From Candidatus Magasanikbacteria bacterium RIFOXYB2_FULL_38_10 (GTDB lineage: Bacteria > Patescibacteriota > Patescibacteriia > Magasanikbacterales > UBA10003), in assembly GCA_001783145.1 (NCBI GenBank), contig MFQT01000002.1, positions 24,941 through 88,940 on the forward strand: DNA of 64,000 nt, given 5' to 3'. Positions 1-10,390 of the stretch are shown in pieces (within the stretch, counting starts at the first letter, position 1; the number at the start of each line of letters is the position of its first letter). The position numbers and the translations under genes are program-made. The notes under the pieces were generated by a model that was not told the origin of the DNA, made no database searches, and worked only from the letters and a program-made list of their open reading frames with translations.

Positions 1-3000
1 AATGATTACCTTATTACTAAAAGACGTCCAATGCTCTATAACGCTTTTGTTATCTATTGAACAAGCTCTAAAGTCATCTTCTTTAGCAGGATCATCCCAA
101 CACCCCCCAATTACAACAGCGCACGTACCATTACACCACCCCCAATTATCCAAGACTTGGACTTTGGGTTTAAAGTGGCACTGGCTATTTATATTATCCC
201 AGCAGTTGGTAATAACATTGGCGGAGCAAACGGGCAAGGACAAGCCATTATTAGCTAGGCACTCATACACGTGCTTATATGTAAAATATCCCTCTTCGCA
301 GGCCTCGGCAGAGTTGCCAAAATGCAGGCGGTCATTTGGAGAGGAAGGGGAAGAGCAGGAAATACCACTACCACAATCAGCATTACTGTTGCAAGGCTTA
401 TTTAAATTACTATCGCAGACTTTTTCGTCACTGCTCTCGCACACCGGCTTGTGATTCTTATACCACCCCCTAGACTCATACACCGAACCATCTCCCCAAT
501 CTATGGCCACGCGGGTAATGGGCATTTGATCATTGTCGGCATAGGCGTAGAAGGCTGCGGTGACTACGGGAGAAGATCCGTTGTAAGTGATATCTTGATT
601 GTCAACATAACCGTTGTTGAAGTTTAGGCTAAACATGTTAACTGTCCCCCAAGTAAAGCTGTTGTTGCCGGCCGGGTTTAAAGAGTAGATTTTAGGAGGA
701 TGCGGAGTAATAGCGGCACTGAGATTGTTTATTGTTTGAGTAGCACCACTATCTCCTTGCGACTTGTCGCGGTTGCTCCAACCACTACCCAATAATTCAT
801 ATTTATTTTCATTCCACGCCCAAGTATTAAAACTGGAGGCAAACAACTCCTGCAAACGAAGAAAAGCGGCGTTAGGCTGTGAATGATCCCCAATATTCGG
901 CGTACTTGGACCACTGTCACCTATTGTTTGCGGAATTGTTTTGCCTTGCTCCAAAGAAATACCTACGCAAGTGCCTTGCTCCACCACTTCCATTCCCACG
1001 GTGTCGCCATAGGTTTTAGGGGGACAATCTTTAGACGAGCCGCACATCAGGCCGTGATTCAAGCCACCCACACACAAGCCGCGGATCTGGTTAGCATCGT
1101 CGCAAAGATATTTTACAACCCCGCCTTGGCAATCATCATCAACACTGCAATAACTGCCGTTTTTAGACCCTCCTTGGCAGGTACCAGATATATTTTGACA
1201 GGAAACATTATCTGGTATGCAGTCGCCATCTTCAGAGCATGACCACTTATATAAAGAAGAAAGTGGGGTTCCATAACAAACACCGGCAATACATTCAGCA
1301 AAACCATGGCTACTCACTCTGTCTAAACACCAAGCAGAATCAAAATTAGAACAGTCAATCGCCGGCTCTATCATCTGAAGCAAATTCTTCCCCGAATCAG
1401 TTTCACCGGCGCAAACTTTTTTGTCTAAGCTGGCGGACGGTTTACAAGTGCCATCATCAACCTGTTCATTACATGCCAAGTTGCCCTCATTTTTATTATC
1501 AGCCATATTACAAGGCTGATTAACATTGGGTCCGGCAGAACACAAGGCCGCCTTGCCGCAATCACCGCCATTGTCAGGACTGCAATTTAAAGGAGTGGCG
1601 CCGCCCGATTTTAGCCAAATGGGCCAATAACCTGCCACATACCAGCTTTGCAATTTATCCCAGTTGGTTTTGCTGTTGTCTATTAAGGTTAAATCTTTAG
1701 GATCTTGGCTTTGATCAAATGAACCAAAAGGCGTAAAAAATTGATTAAACGGTAATTTCATTTCTTTACCATTATCATCACCACCCAAAATATATCGGCC
1801 CTCTTGCCAAATTCTATCGGTACGGGCTTTGGCTTTAAAACCAAACACTGAGCTCTGCACATCCGGATTAACTGGATTATCCTGCACAACTTGCCTAATA
1901 TCCGTGCACACTTCTGTTAAATAAAAATCCAATTCCGCCTTAAATCCTCCGCTTTGTGTGGATCCGTCGCAAGTTTTTGAATTCATTGATTTTAATTTGC
2001 CGGTTGTTTTATCAAAAGTGACTCTAAAAGCAATAGCGTTAGAGTCTGTATTATCATAAAAGTTTTCACACTTGCTCTGAGTTAGAAAATTAAAAGAACC
2101 TTCGGTTCTATTATCCGGCCCATTATGCCAAAAAAACTCCAAGGAAATATCCCCGTTATTTTCCAGTTTAGTCCCGGACCAATAGTAACCGTCGCCATTG
2201 GAGACACCGTTTAATTTTTGTTTGGTGAAAGTCAATAATTCATTGGCCGGATAATCTTTTCCATTAATAAAGGAAAGGGGGGTTAAGCCCATAGCCACTA
2301 CTTCGCTAAAATTAAGATCTTTCTCAACAGAAGTTAAGAAAAATGTTTGTTCCTTCCATAAATCAGCAGTAAAAGGCACCCAACTTTTACTATTTTTACA
2401 CTCTTCTTCTGTATTTATGTTGGAAATTTCTGTTCCATTTGAAGAAAAACAACGCCCCCGACCGGATGTTTCCCAAGTATTTTTAGGTTCGGCACGGGTA
2501 ATTAATTTATAACTACTGCCGTATCCAAAAGTGTCCCCGTTGTCCTGAAACGGCAGAGAAGCATTCCCTTTAGCCTGGACGCACCAAAATTTCCCCGAAC
2601 CCTCCGGGGGGTAATACCCGGCTTCTCTGTTTAAAGCATACAAATCAACTCCGCCCTTAGGTACTGCCAAAGGATACCACATCACGCATTTGTCAGTGGA
2701 ATCTTTAAGCAGACAGTAGCCATTCCAGCCAAATTCACGCGAAATTTTTCTATCGGTTAAACAAGAAGCGCCAAGAGTAATGCCGCCGGGTTTTTGATTA
2801 GCCGGACGGTCATCAGAACAATCACTGACATCAACGCAAGGCAAGCTTTTTTTAGATTGTCCATTCTCTAAAAATCCGCCGTCGCAAACGCCTTTATTTT
2901 CTAAAAGCTGATTGGCTAAATAATACTTGGTGATGGCGGCTTTGTCACTGCCGCCATATTCCACTTTGGCAAAAGAGCAAAAATCAGGATAAAGGGAAGG

Positions 3001-6000
3001 ATTCAAACGCGAAGAGTTGGCTTCCGAAGGTATTTCCGCTGAAGCAAACCCGCGGCAAGATTCAGCGATTGGGCCACCGCCATTATACACTGGTTGGTTA
3101 TTGATGGCTTTTAAGCCGTTAGAAGCAACCAAATCGGCAATCTGTCGGCCGTTATAAATGGAATAGCCGCTAAAATCTTTAACAGAAAAAGCTCCATTAT
3201 TAGCAGAAACATAAGCCGAAAGATCTAAAATTTGACCAATGGCGGGTGTTTTATTTGTGTCCTCAACCCAATGACCGCATTGACCTAGAAGCTCATCACT
3301 ATTATTAACTTCGGCCGCTGAAGCAATTTTGTCGCAATTTTTAAGCTCAGTGCAGATATCAACCGAATTACCGTTTTTCAGCACTTTCATAGTGGAGGCG
3401 CAAGCAAGCCATTCGCCGCAAACACGATCCCGCTTAACTTTTAAAATTACGTTAGCATCATTGGCATCAAGATTATCATTGGTACAATTGAGATTGTCTG
3501 CTGAAGTTTTTTCACCCTCCACCCCACAATCAATCGGATTAACCTTTTGATAATTGTTTTGTTGGCTTAAATTATAAGTTGCATCAGCGTTCCACAATCT
3601 ATCGCCTTTGGCGGTTTCATTAAACAAAACGCAACCTTGTTGCAAACTGGCACTGCCACCGCAAGAACCGCGGTCAATTTTTTCATTGTTAATCACATAG
3701 TAAGATTGGCCGGATAAATTGCCGGAAGCGGTTCCCGCGCCTACCGGATCCACAAATTCCGAACAGCCATTTTGCGCGGCGGGACACAAACCCACAGCGC
3801 CATTATAGGTAGCATCTCCGTTTTTAAAAATTTTATAATTGGTGCCCGCATAACAACTGTCAGTTGTACCTTTAATCACCCAGCCACCGGTAGAGCCATT
3901 AATTTTATCTTTCCATTCGCATAAACGATTGCCAAAAACAGTCGGGTCTTTAAAATAATCAGATCCGCCTTGGTCCGTGGTGTATTGATTACAGCCTTCG
4001 GCCTCTTGGCTGCACAAAATTTTGCCATAATTATCCGGCTGATCTTTAAGATACACCGTGGTAGAGGCCTGCACAGCTCCATTCGCGGAGTAGTCAATCA
4101 AACCCAAAGCGCGACAACCTGCGTTATCACTAGAGCATTGAAAAGCGGGGCTGTTTACTAAATACACCATCCGATCAGTGGGGACTAAAATACTCTCTGA
4201 ATCAGATGATAAATTAACACCATAAGAATGACCTTCGGCATCTGTAGTTGCAGCTACGCTGTTTAAATTATGTAATTCAGGGCCTAATTCAGTTAGATTT
4301 TTACCCAAACCAACATAATTAAATCTACAAAAAGTTTGTCCCGGAAGTACATCACATTTATGCTCGCCATTTTTGTCTTTACAATCAATTACTTGGTTTG
4401 AATATGTCTGCGGCGAGGAAAGAAGAGAACACTTGGCATTAAACAGCGTAGCCGAAGTTGTTTCGGTGTCAAATGTTTCAACCAGCTCCTCGCAACCTAC
4501 TGCTTCCTCACGACAAATACTGCTAAAAAATTTAACCGCCACAGTATCTCCTTTGCGGTTGGAATAAGATTCACAGCCAAGTTGAGCCTGCGGTGCCAAT
4601 CTTAACGGATTGGCGGAATTTCCTCCCAAAGACGAGCCAAAGGGATCGCCATTAACATTGTCGCAAGATGAAGGAGTGGCCCAGGAATCCTTAATCACAT
4701 AAACGTTATCCGTCATTTGTTTTACAACAACATTATCAAGATAAAAAATGTTCCCCTGGCCGCCAAATTGCAAAGTGGAAGAAGAAACTTCTTGATCCCA
4801 AGAGACGTTAAAATCGGCAGTAAAAACCGCCCAATTATTGGTTAAATTAAAGCCCCTATTTTCTTGAGAAACAAAATTGGAGCCGGCCAAACTTGTGCCA
4901 AACTGTACTGCTAAATTTAAGGAAGCATCTTGACTCTTAGCCCAAAAAGAAATAGAAATCGTTTTATTTTTTTCTAAAATATTGGTGAAACCGGAAGCGC
5001 CAATTACTTTCAAAGATTTTCCACCGACCACGGTTGCCTCGGAACTGATTGTGGCAGTTGTCCCCGTCCAGTCCAAAGAGGAAACAGTGCTACCAACCGT
5101 GCCTGTTTCAAAATCTTGAAAATAAATGGTTTGAAAATTATTACCCGCGTTGCCTTTGTAAGCGCGGCAACCCACAGCCGTAGCCGGACAAGACTTGGCC
5201 TCCAAAGAAATAAATGAGTGGATACAAATTCCTCTCGCCGAATCCCAAGCTCCGCCGGTAGCATCACAAGAGATTTGATCGGACAGACTTTTGCGATAAT
5301 TTTTGCATTCGCTTGGAGAAACTGTGACGGTTTTAGAATAAAGGCGATAAGATTTTTCACCCTGACGATTATAAAATTCGCGACAATCCGGATCAAAATC
5401 TTTGCCTAAGGTAATTTTATCCGCGTAAGTACTGGCACTACAAATATTTTCATAAAAAGTAAGTGTCAAAGCATCGCCGGTATTATAGGCCGGCTCGCCG
5501 GTATGGCCACTTCTGGTATCTTTCTTTAAAATGTATGTTTTTAATTGATAACCGGAAGTATCACTTCCCTCCCAAGTATAAAAAGTGTCTCCTTCGGCGG
5601 CAATTTTACTGCAAGATTTTATCTGGCTAAAATAAGCTTTTTGTTCTCCGCCAGCCGCTTGAGTTTCTATATTAACAAATTCTTCGCAACCTACGTTTTC
5701 CAATTTGCACGATTTGGCGTTGGCAGGGATAAAATAAGCATTGGCATTGCCAGAAAATTGAGTAATTGGCTGTTCTATATATGTTTCATAGCCAACGCAC
5801 TCATTTGGGCATAAATCCCCTGTTGTCAAAACACCGGGAATTGTCGGATTGCCATTTGACGGAGTGTAAAGCTCGCAACTTTTTTCTTCTGCACTGCAAA
5901 CTGTGGCAAAACGAGAACATTGAATTTTTTGTTCCGCAGTCAATCCATTGGAAATTTTATACAAATCGGATTTATTAACCGGCCAAGCTAAAGTAGAACT

Positions 6001-8037
6001 GCTTAAAGTATTTGTATTGGGTGTACCTGTGGGGACCAAATTTTCACCATAACAATTATAAAACTCGGGCGCTTTTTTTAAATTAAGATTTTCTCCAACT
6101 ACGCCTTCAGCCTCGCGGATAAATTTAGAGCACCCTTCATTTTCATTGCCGCATCTTTCAACTGAACGATTAAAATAAATTTTAGGATCACCGGCGCCGG
6201 ATTGCCAATTCCAATCTCCGCCCAAATAAGCGGCTGAAATCGCATAAGAACGGCAACCGGAATTATCCGCCGTACAAATACCTCTATCAATGGTATTGGC
6301 TAAAAAACTCATGGCCTGACCTTGGCTACTGGCATAACCGGTACAAGTATTGAATTGTTCATCGCAACTATCGGCACCCAATTGCCAAAAATTTTTCTCT
6401 CTTAAACAATAGCCCCAAAAATTACATTGTCCGGTTTGTGAATTTTCACCAACACAACTTTGCACATCGGTGCAGGATTTGGCTCTTTGTCCGGGAGTAT
6501 CGGCCGTAGGAGGGTACAGAGCCAAGGAACTGTTAACTTCGGCGGAGCAACGGGCCTTAGGAGCGACAATCAGCCAATTAGGATCAATCAGATGATAATA
6601 TTGACTGCTACTATCATAAAAACCGGCCACCACATCTTTTAAAAATACTTTTTGCCCAAGAGAGACTGCTTTCTGCGCGGCTATTTCCCAGCCCAATGAC
6701 AAAATTCTAAAAAAACGCAATTTAATAAGATTGTCATAACAGTAAGCGTTAGGTTTGCAAGATCCCTTTGGCAAAAGTTCCCAGTCTCCATGCAATTTGC
6801 CCGAAGAGAAATTTAAAGCTTCACCGACAGTTAAGGGGGTTCCCGCTTGGGCTAAAGATAAAATTTCTTGAAAATCGGAATCCAGGGCACCACAATAGGG
6901 GCCGTTGTTGGTAGCGCAATCGGGGGTCAATTCTGTAGCCACATATTGATAATCCCCAATTTCGCCAAAGGTGGGTTTAACAAAATCGGCAAAGGTGGCT
7001 TCGGACGCCTCGCGATTACCCACCACCTGCGCCTGCTCATCATTGGGCGCTGATTTTTTACAAGTCCAAGAACCGTCTTTTACGCCGCAGGCTATCCCGG
7101 TGATTAATTGTCCCACAGAAAGCAAGCCTTTTTTTCTTAATTGCTCTGCCAATTGATCGGAAAGAGTGTTGGTGAACATAGCGGCGGCATCGCCCAAAAC
7201 ACCAGCGATGTTGCCCAGATTTAAATCATCTTTTGTGGCTTTTACTTCTTCGGTTTTTTGTGTTTTTGAATCACTTATAACGCTTTTTGCTTGTTCTTCG
7301 TTAACAGCTACAGGAGCCGTCGCATCACCCCCTACCGGAGAGGCCGTATTTTTCATACTACCATCAGAGTCGGCTTTATCTCGAGCTTTTTGTTCATCTT
7401 CGGCCCGTATTTTATCCAAAGCTTCCAATGTTTCTAAAGATAAAGACAGGCCATTTTGCCCCGGCTGAAAAGACATTCCCACCTGGCTCCAAGCACCGGC
7501 TGTACCCAAATTACTATAGGCATTTTGTATTTCTCTCCAATTACAACGCGGCTGAGGATCCAGGGTGTTGTACATTTTTAATTTTATTCCCAAATTATAG
7601 GCAGGTATGCCGGGATTACACAAATTAATGCCGTATTTTTGTAAAAATTGCGTTTCATCGCCAAAATAGCCAATAGCATCGGCTGCTGCCTGCAAACCGG
7701 CGTTTTCAAAATAACCGGCCGCGTCAGTGTACCACATCGGCCCCTTGTCATAGTTGCCGCTGGCCAGCCAAATGGCTGTGTCCCTGGACATTTTATTGAC
7801 AAAATTCCTAAAAGACTTCATTAAAGCCCTGCCTGCCGCTTGGCCAATATTTACTTTTAAATCTTTACCGATAGCAGTTATTTTAGTCCACAAACCAGTA
7901 GCATCAGCCACGGGATCCGTCACTGTAAACTGCGCTCTAGCCGACCACGGCATTCCCAAACTTCCAATCAATACAAAAAATAAAAAAAATATTGCAATTT
8001 TATTTTTGTGATTTTTTATTTTTTCTTGGCGCGTCAT
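1..8037 (-). CDS. giant secreted cysteine-rich surface protein, N-terminal >2678 aa (3' end of gene lies beyond position 1)
   Basis: ATG at 8037 (revcomp of cat 8035-8037), 7 nt downstream of the stop of the co-oriented upstream gene. Manual translation of the minus frame (codon high coordinate = 0 mod 3) stays open to position 1. No ORF >130 aa exists in any other frame across 8 kb. N-terminus MTRQEKIKNHKNKIAIFFLFFVLIGSLGMPWSARAQ is a signal/anchor. The body is G/N/S/T-rich with recurrent Cys pairs. A jelly-roll CBM4_9-like segment (YFQDFETGTVGS...GGKSLKV...FYLDNVVVKQ) lies at about 4700-5140. Confidence 0.8.
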   Translation of the reverse strand, partial: MTRQEKIKNHKNKIAIFFLFFVLIGSLGMPWSARAQFTVTDPVADATGLWTKITAIGKDLKVNIGQAAGRALMKSFRNFVNKMSRDTAIWLASGNYDKGPMWYTDAAGYFENAGLQAAADAIGYFGDETQFLQKYGINLCNPGIPAYNLGIKLKMYNTLDPQPRCNWREIQNAYSNLGTAGAWSQVGMSFQPGQNGLSLSLETLEALDKIRAEDEQKARDKADSDGSMKNTASPVGGDATAPVAVNEEQAKSVISDSKTQKTEEVKATKDDLNLGNIAGVLGDAAAMFTNTLSDQLAEQLRKKGLLSVGQLITGIACGVKDGSWTCKKSAPNDEQAQVVGNREASEATFADFVKPTFGEIGDYQYVATELTPDCATNNGPYCGALDSDFQEILSLAQAGTPLTVGEALNFSSGKLHGDWELLPKGSCKPNAYCYDNLIKLRFFRILSLGWEIAAQKAVSLGQKVFLKDVVAGFYDSSSQYYHLIDPNWLIVAPKARCSAEVNSSLALYPPTADTPGQRAKSCTDVQSCVGENSQTGQCNFWGYCLREKNFWQLGADSCDEQFNTCTGYASSQGQAMSFLANTIDRGICTADNSGCRSYAISAAYLGGDWNWQSGAGDPKIYFNRSVERCGNENEGCSKFIREAEGVVGENLNLKKAPEFYNCYGENLVPTGTPNTNTLSSSTLAWPVNKSDLYKISNGLTAEQKIQCSRFATVCSAEEKSCELYTPSNGNPTIPGVLTTGDLCPNECVGYETYIEQPITQFSGNANAYFIPANAKSCKLENVGCEEFVNIETQAAGGEQKAYFSQIKSCSKIAAEGDTFYTWEGSDTSGYQLKTYILKKDTRSGHTGEPAYNTGDALTLTFYENICSASTYADKITLGKDFDPDCREFYNRQGEKSYRLYSKTVTVSPSECKNYRKSLSDQISCDATGGAWDSARGICIHSFISLEAKSCPATAVGCRAYKGNAGNNFQTIYFQDFETGTVGSTVSSLDWTGTTATISSEATVVGGKSLKVIGASGFTNILEKNKTISISFWAKSQDASLNLAVQFGTSLAGSNFVSQENRGFNLTNNWAVFTADFNVSWDQEVSSSTLQFGGQGNIFYLDNVVVKQMTDNVYVIKDSWATPSSCDNVNGDPFGSSLGGNSANPLRLAPQAQLGCESYSNRKGDTVAVKFFSSICREEAVGCEELVETFDTETTSATLFNAKCSLLSSPQTYSNQVIDCKDKNGEHKCDVLPGQTFCRFNYVGLGKNLTELGPELHNLNSVAATTDAEGHSYGVNLSSDSESILVPTDRMVYLVNSPAFQCSSDNAGCRALGLIDYSANGAVQASTTVYLKDQPDNYGKILCSQEAEGCNQYTTDQGGSDYFKDPTVFGNRLCEWKDKINGSTGGWVIKGTTDSCYAGTNYKIFKNGDATYNGAVGLCPAAQNGCSEFVDPVGAGTASGNLSGQSYYVINNEKIDRGSCGGSASLQQGCVLFNETAKGDRLWNADATYNLSQQNNYQKVNPIDCGVEGEKTSADNLNCTNDNLDANDANVILKVKRDRVCGEWLACASTMKVLKNGNSVDICTELKNCDKIASAAEVNNSDELLGQCGHWVEDTNKTPAIGQILDLSAYVSANNGAFSVKDFSGYSIYNGRQIADLVASNGLKAINNQPVYNGGGPIAESCRGFASAEIPSEANSSRLNPSLYPDFCSFAKVEYGGSDKAAITKYYLANQLLENKGVCDGGFLENGQSKKSLPCVDVSDCSDDRPANQKPGGITLGASCLTDRKISREFGWNGYCLLKDSTDKCVMWYPLAVPKGGVDLYALNREAGYYPPEGSGKFWCVQAKGNASLPFQDNGDTFGYGSSYKLITRAEPKNTWETSGRGRCFSSNGTEISNINTEEECKNSKSWVPFTADLWKEQTFFLTSVEKDLNFSEVVAMGLTPLSFINGKDYPANELLTFTKQKLNGVSNGDGYYWSGTKLENNGDISLEFFWHNGPDNRTEGSFNFLTQSKCENFYDNTDSNAIAFRVTFDKTTGKLKSMNSKTCDGSTQSGGFKAELDFYLTEVCTDIRQVVQDNPVNPDVQSSVFGFKAKARTDRIWQEGRYILGGDDNGKEMKLPFNQFFTPFGSFDQSQDPKDLTLIDNSKTNWDKLQSWYVAGYWPIWLKSGGATPLNCSPDNGGDCGKAALCSAGPNVNQPCNMADNKNEGNLACNEQVDDGTCKPSASLDKKVCAGETDSGKNLLQMIEPAIDCSNFDSAWCLDRVSSHGFAECIAGVCYGTPLSSLYKWSCSEDGDCIPDNVSCQNISGTCQGGSKNGSYCSVDDDCQGGVVKYLCDDANQIRGLCVGGLNHGLMCGSSKDCPPKTYGDTVGMEVVEQGTCVGISLEQGKTIPQTIGDSGPSTPNIGDHSQPNAAFLRLQELFASSFNTWAWNENKYELLGSGWSNRDKSQGDSGATQTINNLSAAITPHPPKIYSLNPAGNNSFTWGTVNMFSLNFNNGYVDNQDITYNGSSPVVTAAFYAYADNDQMPITRVAIDWGDGSVYESRGWYKNHKPVCESSDEKVCDSNLNKPCNSNADCGSGISCSSPSSPNDRLHFGNSAEACEEGYFTYKHVYECLANNGLSLPVCSANVITNCWDNINSQCHFKPKVQVLDNWGWCNGTCAVVIGGCWDDPAKEDDFRACSIDNKSVIEHWTSFSNKVII

Positions 8038-8044
8038 AGCCAAA

Positions 8045-8779
8045 TTATAACTGTTTAATTAAATCAAGCAAAGCCTGATCGTCTAAACCATCTAAGGTCT
8101 CTTTAGGAATACCTTTTTCTAATAAGCTTTTGCGCAAAGCTTTTAAATCCACATTACTAATATCTAAAGAAAAATCCGATGATTCTGAATTATTAGCCGC
8201 CGTAGATGTGGAAGAGACAAATTCTTTAAAAAAAGCCAACAAATCGTTATCGGAAAATTTTTCCAATTCTTTGGAATCTATTCCATTCTGAATTAAGAAA
8301 TCGCGCAAAACTTTAGGGTCGGGATTAGAACCCAAAAGATTCTGTAAAAGTATCTGATCGGCGGTCGGCAACTCTGAAACGGATATCTCCAAGGAAGAGG
8401 TGGCTGTATTAGCGGCCGCTTGATTTTGCACTAAACTGCCATAACAATCTTGTCCTTTGGGACAATTGGGATCACTGCCGGAATCGGCTTCCGTTTTATC
8501 ATTTAATCCATCGGAATCGGTATCTGTTAAATAAGGGCTGGTTTGATAAATATATAACTCGTCATAATCTTTTAAGCCGTCGGCATCCGTGTCTTTTTTC
8601 TTTAGTTCTTCATTGGCAAAATTTTGATCAAAAGATATTTGTTCGCCGACGGAATGTTGCAAAGCAAAAAGCGCAAAGGGAGTTTTTAAATTGTTGCCCA
8701 TTTGCCTAAAACCTAAATAAACAACAAAGACCGCCAAAACAACCAAACCCAAAAAGGCCAGTTTTTCTTTTCTTGTCAT
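8045..8779 (-). CDS. membrane-anchored calcium-binding protein with thrombospondin type-3-like DxDxDG repeats
   Basis: The ORF-track start at 8833 is TTG. Internal ATG at 8779 is preceded by GGAGAG and gives MTRKEKLAFLGLVVLAVFVVYLG, a TM anchor. Repeats DTDADGLKDYDE and DTDSDGLNDKTEADSGSD lie at about 8468-8593. The stop is 7 nt from the giant gene start. Confidence 0.6.
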   Translation of the reverse strand: MTRKEKLAFLGLVVLAVFVVYLGFRQMGNNLKTPFALFALQHSVGEQISFDQNFANEELKKKDTDADGLKDYDELYIYQTSPYLTDTDSDGLNDKTEADSGSDPNCPKGQDCYGSLVQNQAAANTATSSLEISVSELPTADQILLQNLLGSNPDPKVLRDFLIQNGIDSKELEKFSDNDLLAFFKEFVSSTSTAANNSESSDFSLDISNVDLKALRKSLLEKGIPKETLDGLDDQALLDLIKQL

Positions 8780-8924
8780 TTCTTTTTGCTCTCCGCTCGT
8801 TGACATTTTAATAATGATTTTTTTGTTAAACAATCGGGTCTTACTCCTCTATATTATATCTTTTTAATCCCCATTTAACAAGGAGATATCCACAAAAAAC
8901 TTTTTATCTCTAAAACTCAACTTT

Positions 8925-9773
8925 CTATTCCTTTTTAAAGACATTTTTAGCTAAAATCAGCCACTTTTCTAAACTAATTTCTTCCGCCCTGGCATTTAAA
9001 TCAATCCGCGCCTCCTTAAAACCGCTTAAAATAACCTTTTCATCTAAAAAAGATTTTAAATTTTTCTTGAGCATTTTTCTTTTTTGAGAAAATCCGATTT
9101 TGACTAGCTGAAAAAAAATTTTCTCATCACTTTCCTTAAGCCGTCTTGTAATATTGTTGATTTTTAAAATGGCGCTTTCCACTTGTGGAGGAGGACTAAA
9201 AGAAAAACGGCTGACAACTTTTAAAATTTTGGGCTCACCAAAATATTGAACCAGCACGGACAAAAAAGATTTGTCCCCCTCCCCGGCGCAAACTCTTTCA
9301 GCTAATTCTTTTTGCACCAACAAAACTATTAAGGTTGGCTGATTGGAAGCTGTCAAAAATTTTTCCAAAATTTTAGAAGTAATGTTATAAGGAATGTTGG
9401 AAATAATTTTATAGCTCTCAGGCAAACTCTGCGGATCTAATTTTAAAGCATCCTCATTTTTTATTTTCACATTACTTGATGCGGAAAATTTTTCTTCAAG
9501 AATTTTAAATAATCTTTGATCTATTTCCAAAGACAGAACATTTTTGGACGCTTTAGATAATTCACAGGTTAAAACACCTTCTCCTGCGCCAATTTCTAAA
9601 ATAAAATCATCAGGCGCAATCTCCCCTCCCGCCACAATTTGTTGCAAAATATTTTTATCAGTCAAAAAATGCTGACCATAAGATTTGTCGGTTCGAAAAT
9701 AATTTGCTTGTTTAGAGGGGCGTAATTGTTTAAATTTTTCCGGTCCAACTGTATTATTTTTTTTATTTTGCAT
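8925..9773 (-). CDS. rsmA: 16S rRNA (adenine1518/1519-N6)-dimethyltransferase
   Basis: Motifs GQHFL, EIGAGEGVLT and NIPYNITS; ATG start. Confidence 0.85.
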   Translation of the reverse strand: MQNKKNNTVGPEKFKQLRPSKQANYFRTDKSYGQHFLTDKNILQQIVAGGEIAPDDFILEIGAGEGVLTCELSKASKNVLSLEIDQRLFKILEEKFSASSNVKIKNEDALKLDPQSLPESYKIISNIPYNITSKILEKFLTASNQPTLIVLLVQKELAERVCAGEGDKSFLSVLVQYFGEPKILKVVSRFSFSPPPQVESAILKINNITRRLKESDEKIFFQLVKIGFSQKRKMLKKNLKSFLDEKVILSGFKEARIDLNARAEEISLEKWLILAKNVFKKE

Positions 9774-9790
9774 TTTCAGATAATTAAAAA

Positions 9791-10384
9791 TTAAGTGATT
9801 TTTAATCCCCCCTGTCTTAACACTTCTATCTTGCCATTTCTAATTCGCGCAACAGTAGAAGGCGCGCGACGCTTTAAAACTCCTCCATCTACTGTATAAA
9901 TACAGTCGGTTGATAACTTTTTAAAACTCTTTTTTAAATCTGTCACAGAATAAATTTCTTTTGCTCCGGAAATATTAGCCGAAGTAGAAACAATGGGCCG
10001 GCCCAATCTTTGGGCAAGAGTACGCGCTATTTTATTACTGGAAATTCTTATGGCTACAGTATTATCTTTGGCAACGACACTCTTGGATAAACCCACCTCT
10101 TTTTTATTTTTTAAAACCAAAGTTAAAGCTCCCGGCCAATATTTTTTAGCTAGAATTTCCTCCTGTTTGTTCAAAATCACCCATTTTTTAACCATAGCCA
10201 AACTTCCGGCAATTAAAGGCAAAGTCTTGGCTTGGGGCCTTTGTTTTATTTTAAAAATTAAATCCAGTGCTTCCTGATTGGTAGAATCGCAACCAAGACC
10301 ATAAGCGGTTTCCGTGGGATAAATTATCACCCCTCCTTTTTTTAAAAAATCAACCGCCTCTTTTAATTTTTTAACAATAATCAT
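9791..10384 (-). CDS. tsaC: L-threonylcarbamoyladenylate synthase (YrdC/Sua5 family)
   Basis: PTETAYGLGCD motif; about 197 aa, YrdC-size. Confidence 0.8.
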   Translation of the reverse strand: MIIVKKLKEAVDFLKKGGVIIYPTETAYGLGCDSTNQEALDLIFKIKQRPQAKTLPLIAGSLAMVKKWVILNKQEEILAKKYWPGALTLVLKNKKEVGLSKSVVAKDNTVAIRISSNKIARTLAQRLGRPIVSTSANISGAKEIYSVTDLKKSFKKLSTDCIYTVDGGVLKRRAPSTVARIRNGKIEVLRQGGLKIT

Positions 10385-10390
10385 AAAATA

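Noticed and set aside
2-7802. About twenty short ORFs (60-130 aa) listed in the track across the first 8 kb on both strands (for example 2..454 on plus, 5010..5396 on minus, 7166..7468 on plus).
   Set aside because: All lie in frames other than the open minus frame of the giant gene and have low-complexity, non-protein-like translations. They are shadows of one large coding region.
455-8011. Possibility that the ORF-poor 8 kb reflects an alternative genetic code (UGA reassigned) or a non-coding/repeat region.
   Set aside because: One minus frame is completely open with a protein-like translation. prfB (RF2) is present and TGA terminates many conserved genes in the window. Standard code.
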